A DNA stretch of 64,000 nt from Caecitellus pseudoparvulus (Eukaryota; Protista; Bigyra: Bicosoecida), in assembly GCA_965644315.1 (NCBI GenBank), contig CBFFRQ010000042.1, forward strand, positions 62,001-126,000. Reading direction: 5' to 3'. Below the pieces are notes generated by a model. It made no database searches and had not been told where the DNA came from. It was given only the letters and a program-made list of their open reading frames with translations. Shown here piece by piece: positions 60,354 through 64,000 of this stretch (the stretch's first letter is position 1; each line of letters opens with the position of its first letter). Both the position numbers and the translations under genes were made by a program.

Positions 60354-60749
60354 GGTTGAAGGGGTGTTGGGGGGTGGGGGACTGCGGGAAGCTTCCGCAA
60401 ACAGCCTCGGGTGGCAGGGGAATGTGATGTGGCACGCTGGAGACACTGCGCACAGTGCGCCCACGGCACAGGGCTCCGCAGCCCAAGCGCTGGAACAGGA
60501 ATACACGAGCCAAATCAAGAGTTCCTCAGATCATGGTGTGTTGTATGCACGGAAGCTCCTCTTCCACTGTCGCTGGCGTTCCCAGCGCAGCTGCTTTGCT
60601 GCTCAGCAGCTGAAGATCCGAGCGTTTCTGAACTTGCGACAGCCATCGCAGGGCTCACTGCTCAGTGCTTGTAGCTCACGTGACAGAGAAAAGCACAGAG
60701 CTTTCATAATAAAAGGGGGGATTAGCCAGCATCTTGACAAGCACCTTCA

Positions 60750-61224
60750 CATGGCTGTGGGCTCTGCTGCTATCTCGTTTGGAGGCTCTGGGAGAAACGC
60801 TGCTGAAACGCAACATCTTTCCCCTGTCCGGTCTCCCGCACCAAGCCGAGCAGCAGTGCGTTGGTATGGAAAACTGCAGCAAACATCACGTGCACGCTGT
60901 GAGGCCAGCCGTGGTGGGCCAGTGCTCGGCCTCTCTCCGGGGTTTGCGTTCCCTTCGCTGCAGCCTTGCCACGCCCCTAAATCTGCACGGGACGCACGCA
61001 GCTCACGGCGAACGGCTGCAGCCCGCTCTGAGGCACCCACACAACTTCCCCGGCCATCTACGGCAGCTGGAAGGATGGCGAGGGCGGCCCAACCCTCGCA
61101 CCGCCCCGAGGGGGACGCGCTGCCTCCCGAGGAAGTGGCGTGGCGCCGGCGCATAGCAAAGCTGGACTTGTCGCCCCTGTCCGGCTTTGCGCCAGAACAG
61201 CTCTTTCCAGGCTCGACGGTGTGA
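60750..61224 (+). CDS. Possible small hypothetical protein (start uncertain)
   Basis: ORF ending 'LPPEEVAWRRRIAKLDLSPL..STV*' stops 3 bp from the convergent PPase stop, the spacing pattern seen for real gene pairs here. No homology recognised. Confidence 0.3.
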
Positions 61225-61227
61225 ATT

Positions 61228-62903
61228 CTAACCCAGGACAGCTTGGCTACCCTGGCGCTCCACGAGGGCCTTCCACGAAGCGTGCGTCTCCTCGATAATC
61301 TTCACGGCGTACTCCTTCGACTGAGCAGCGCCGTCAAACCCGAACGCGTTGATGATGCCAGTGGAGCTCTTGTAGAACTTCAGCCAGTGCACAAACGCCT
61401 CGACTCTGGGGGGGGGGCGGGGGGGGGGCTCCTGTGCAGGGTGTGTGTGGCCTGCGGCAGGCACAGTGGCCGCGCACTCACAGTCCGGGGCACTGTGTCT
61501 TGACATCGTCAATGTCATGCAGCAACTCAGCCATGGGGTCTTCGACGTTGATAGTGATGACCTTCCAGTCCGTCTCGCCGCTGTCAATCATGGCCACAAT
61601 GCCCAGCACCTTCACCCGCACGATGGCCCCGGTAGACCACTGGCGCTGCGAGCACGGGAAGCGACACGAGGCGCCGTGAAGCGAGTTCTGACAGCGCGCC
61701 TAGCTTCAACGGGGGTGGAGGGGCGCTCACCTGACCAATGTCGATGACGTCCAGCGGGTCGTTGTCTCCAATGCAGCCGCCGCAGTCTGCCGACTTGTGG
61801 GCGGGGTCCTCCCAGGTCTGAGGGAAGCAGCCGTAGTTGAAGGCCATGTCGCCCCAGGCGTAGTCACGCAAGACACCATTCTTGGTGTCTTGCTTGATGG
61901 GGTTGAAGTCCTCCCCCGTCGCCACCTCGAACTTCGCGCGGGTCCACTTGGGGATCTCGCAGATGAAGTTGAGCGTGCCGTCCTCATTGTGCAGCGGCAC
62001 GTCGTGCCACGGCGAGATGGGCAGTTGCTTGCCAGTGGCATCCTCCCGCATGAAGAATACGCGGTAGTCCAGGGTGCCGGGTGTCCCTCGGGGCTGCACG
62101 GTGATGCGTGCGATGGAGACGGAGGGAACCTTGGCTTTCAGGAACTTGAAGCGAGCCATGTACGCCTTGCGGCGCTTGTCTCGCAGGTCTGCACTGCCGT
62201 CATCAACGTCATCGATGTAGATGGAGTGGAAGCCGTTCCAGAACCTCACGAAGTCCTGCGCAGGAGAGGCCAGCAGAAACTGCAGCTGGGCGGCTGACCC
62301 GGCAGCACGCCAAATGCGCCAGACGCACGTCAAAGGAGATGGTGTCGGTCACCTCACAGGCAGTGATGTCAGCCATGATGACTTTGGCTTCCTCCTCAGA
62401 CACTGGCTCCCCCAGGCGCTTGTGCAGATCCTGCGTAGCGACGTGGCGGCAGGGCAGCCGTGAGTTTTCCTTCCGAAACGCCAGACAGTCTGCGGTCGCC
62501 TCCGCACCACCAAGTTCGCCACCTCAATGTGCCCATCGCCGTTGGTATCGAAGAGGTCGAACAGCTTGCGCATGCCTGCCAGTTCGGCCTCGGAAATCAG
62601 CACCGTGCTGCCGTCAGGCAGGGTGCTGGACTGCGCCACCAACAGCGGGTTTTCCCCTGGCGCTGGGACGTCCTCGCTGTCCTCAGAAAAGGCCCGGAAG
62701 CGCGGGCGGACAGGCGTGGCCATCGCAGCGACAGTACGCTCCTTCTCCAACTCTTGCCGCAGGCGCATCACCTCAGCTTGCAAGTCTTCGACGGTCGTCG
62801 GCATTGGCGCATCCATCGCTGCGCCGCCGCCGCCGCCGATCTGGTCTGTGATGTGCCAGTCCGCGCTCTTGGCGAAGACACCGGAGGGGGACTCAGACGC
62901 CAT
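61228..62903 (-). CDS. Family I soluble inorganic pyrophosphatase with N-terminal EF-hand domain (VSP1-like)
   Basis: EF-hand '[16 protein letters not shown]'. PPase motifs 'ISPWHDVPL', '[11 protein letters not shown]', 'NPIKQD', '[12 protein letters not shown]', 'GDNDPLDV', '[10 protein letters not shown]'. Several introns. Confidence 0.92.
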
Positions 62904-63344
62904 GCTTGCCAGGGTGCGATGCCGTCAGCGCCAGACAGACAACTACAAACTGGCTGAGGTGGGGTGGAGGCGGCCATGCAGGATTGAGGTGGCAGGAAAG
63001 TGCCTTGCGGGCTCTGCTGCACCCGCCTGACATGAGCCCTTAGCACCGGTCAGCCCTGGTGTGGCACATGTTTGTCCTTGAACCCCACCCACCTTCGCCG
63101 GGCTGCCCCTGGCCAGCTCGATAGGCTCGCGACGCTGGCACCAGCGATGCGGAGATTCACCTCTTACACTTGCAGCAGGGCGGGCTCCTCCCAGGCCTGC
63201 TGCCTCACCAACGGCAACCCACGGACAACACACAAACACCCCACTCCTCACAGTGGTGCCGTGTCCCTTCAACTGCCCACTGCAAGCTCGAGAGGACGAG
63301 AGCCAGCCAAGTTGCAGCACCGTTAGGTGCTCGCGTGGCCACCC

Positions 63345-64000
63345 ATGGAGCGCAAGCGCTCCGGCCCTGCGCCTCAGCGGGCGCCATCTCGCGCAGCAGG
63401 CCTCACCCTTGCCCGCTCGCCGTCCAACTATGACTTGACGACAACTGGGGCTTACCTGGCCAATGCAGGCAGCAAGGTTGGCGCCGAGGACCTCGCGCAT
63501 GACCACCGCAGCGTGCACTTGGCGTCGTTGGCGCTGCAGTACTACCGGCTCGACAAGGAAGGCAACGCGAGCCCGCACGACATGCTGAACTTTGCCTTCA
63601 ACGTTCGCAATGCTGACCGGTTCAAGAACGCCCTGCGCGCCGCCACGGCTGTCTTCATCCTCGTCAACTTCGGCTTCGTGGCCTATGACATCGGCCGCTT
63701 TGGCACAGACAACTCGACGTTTCTGACAGTGCTGCTCATCCGGCTGGGTGGCATCTTGCCGGCTGCCATCGCCATCATGGCCCTCACTTTCACACAGTGG
63801 TACCGCACACACTCGTGGCTGCTCATCCCCTTCATCTTCGCTCTGGGAGCTCTCTCAGTGGCGTACTCCGTCGTCGGGGAGGATCCCGGTCCGTTCGCAC
63901 AGCGACACTGGCGTGAAACGCCGGACACCTTCTCACGCCAACCCCCCCCCTCCTTTCCCACAGGCTACGGGACCCTTGCCCTCCTGATCACGGTGACGTT
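63345..64000 (+). CDS. Polytopic membrane protein, 3'-partial; resembles the TM cassette of membrane adenylyl/guanylyl cyclases
   Basis: Open frame from ATG 63345 (absent from the ORF track because it runs off the window) with at least 4 TM helices and an intron at about 63889-63963 ('GEDP|GYGTLALLI'). No catalytic domain inside the window. Confidence 0.55.
   Translation, partial: MERKRSGPAPQRAPSRAAGLTLARSPSNYDLTTTGAYLANAGSKVGAEDLAHDHRSVHLASLALQYYRLDKEGNASPHDMLNFAFNVRNADRFKNALRAATAVFILVNFGFVAYDIGRFGTDNSTFLTVLLIRLGGILPAAIAIMALTFTQWYRTHSWLLIPFIFALGALSVAYSVVGEDPGPFAQRHWRETPDTFSRQPPPSFPTGYGTLALLITVT

Noticed and set aside
61408-61430. Long G runs (G-quadruplex-like)
   Set aside because: It is the C-rich acceptor tract of a minus-strand PPase intron, like other introns here.

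Overview
Very compact, GC-rich eukaryotic (protist) genomic DNA with short GT-AG introns (mostly about 65-125 nt; donors GTGCGT/GTGAGT/GTCAGT/GTAGG, C-rich acceptors). The gene content suggests a flagellated heterotroph, possibly a stramenopile, but taxonomy cannot be fixed from this window. About 29 protein-coding genes are present, mostly housekeeping: an SMP/C2 extended synaptotagmin, RMD1-like TPR, SET methyltransferase, H6PD-like dehydrogenase, two Rieske/FAD reductases, BolA, adenylosuccinate lyase, mitochondrial bL27, Ski2, CLAMP/CFAP119, pinin, YbjQ, U1-C, RPAC2, a giant LRR protein, ABCA, ferredoxin, RhoGAP, purple acid phosphatase, EF-hand pyrophosphatase and a partial polytopic membrane protein. 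Four things are invisible in the ORF track. (1) The purple acid phosphatase metal-binding DxG motif can be rebuilt from two consecutive 2-nt 'AT' micro-exons (G|AT|AT|G = Asp-Met). (2) The apparently empty 32.8-34.2 kb gap looks like a spliced non-coding snoRNA host gene, with two box C/D snoRNAs in one intron whose guides match conserved rRNA 2'-O-methylation sites. (3) A tail-to-tail inverted pair of AIFM3-like reductases is homogenised in patches but differs in N-terminal targeting and in the NAD(P)H fingerprint. (4) A tandem pair of unknown glycine-zipper proteins shares an intron position. All family assignments and rRNA numbering come from motif recall, not database searches.
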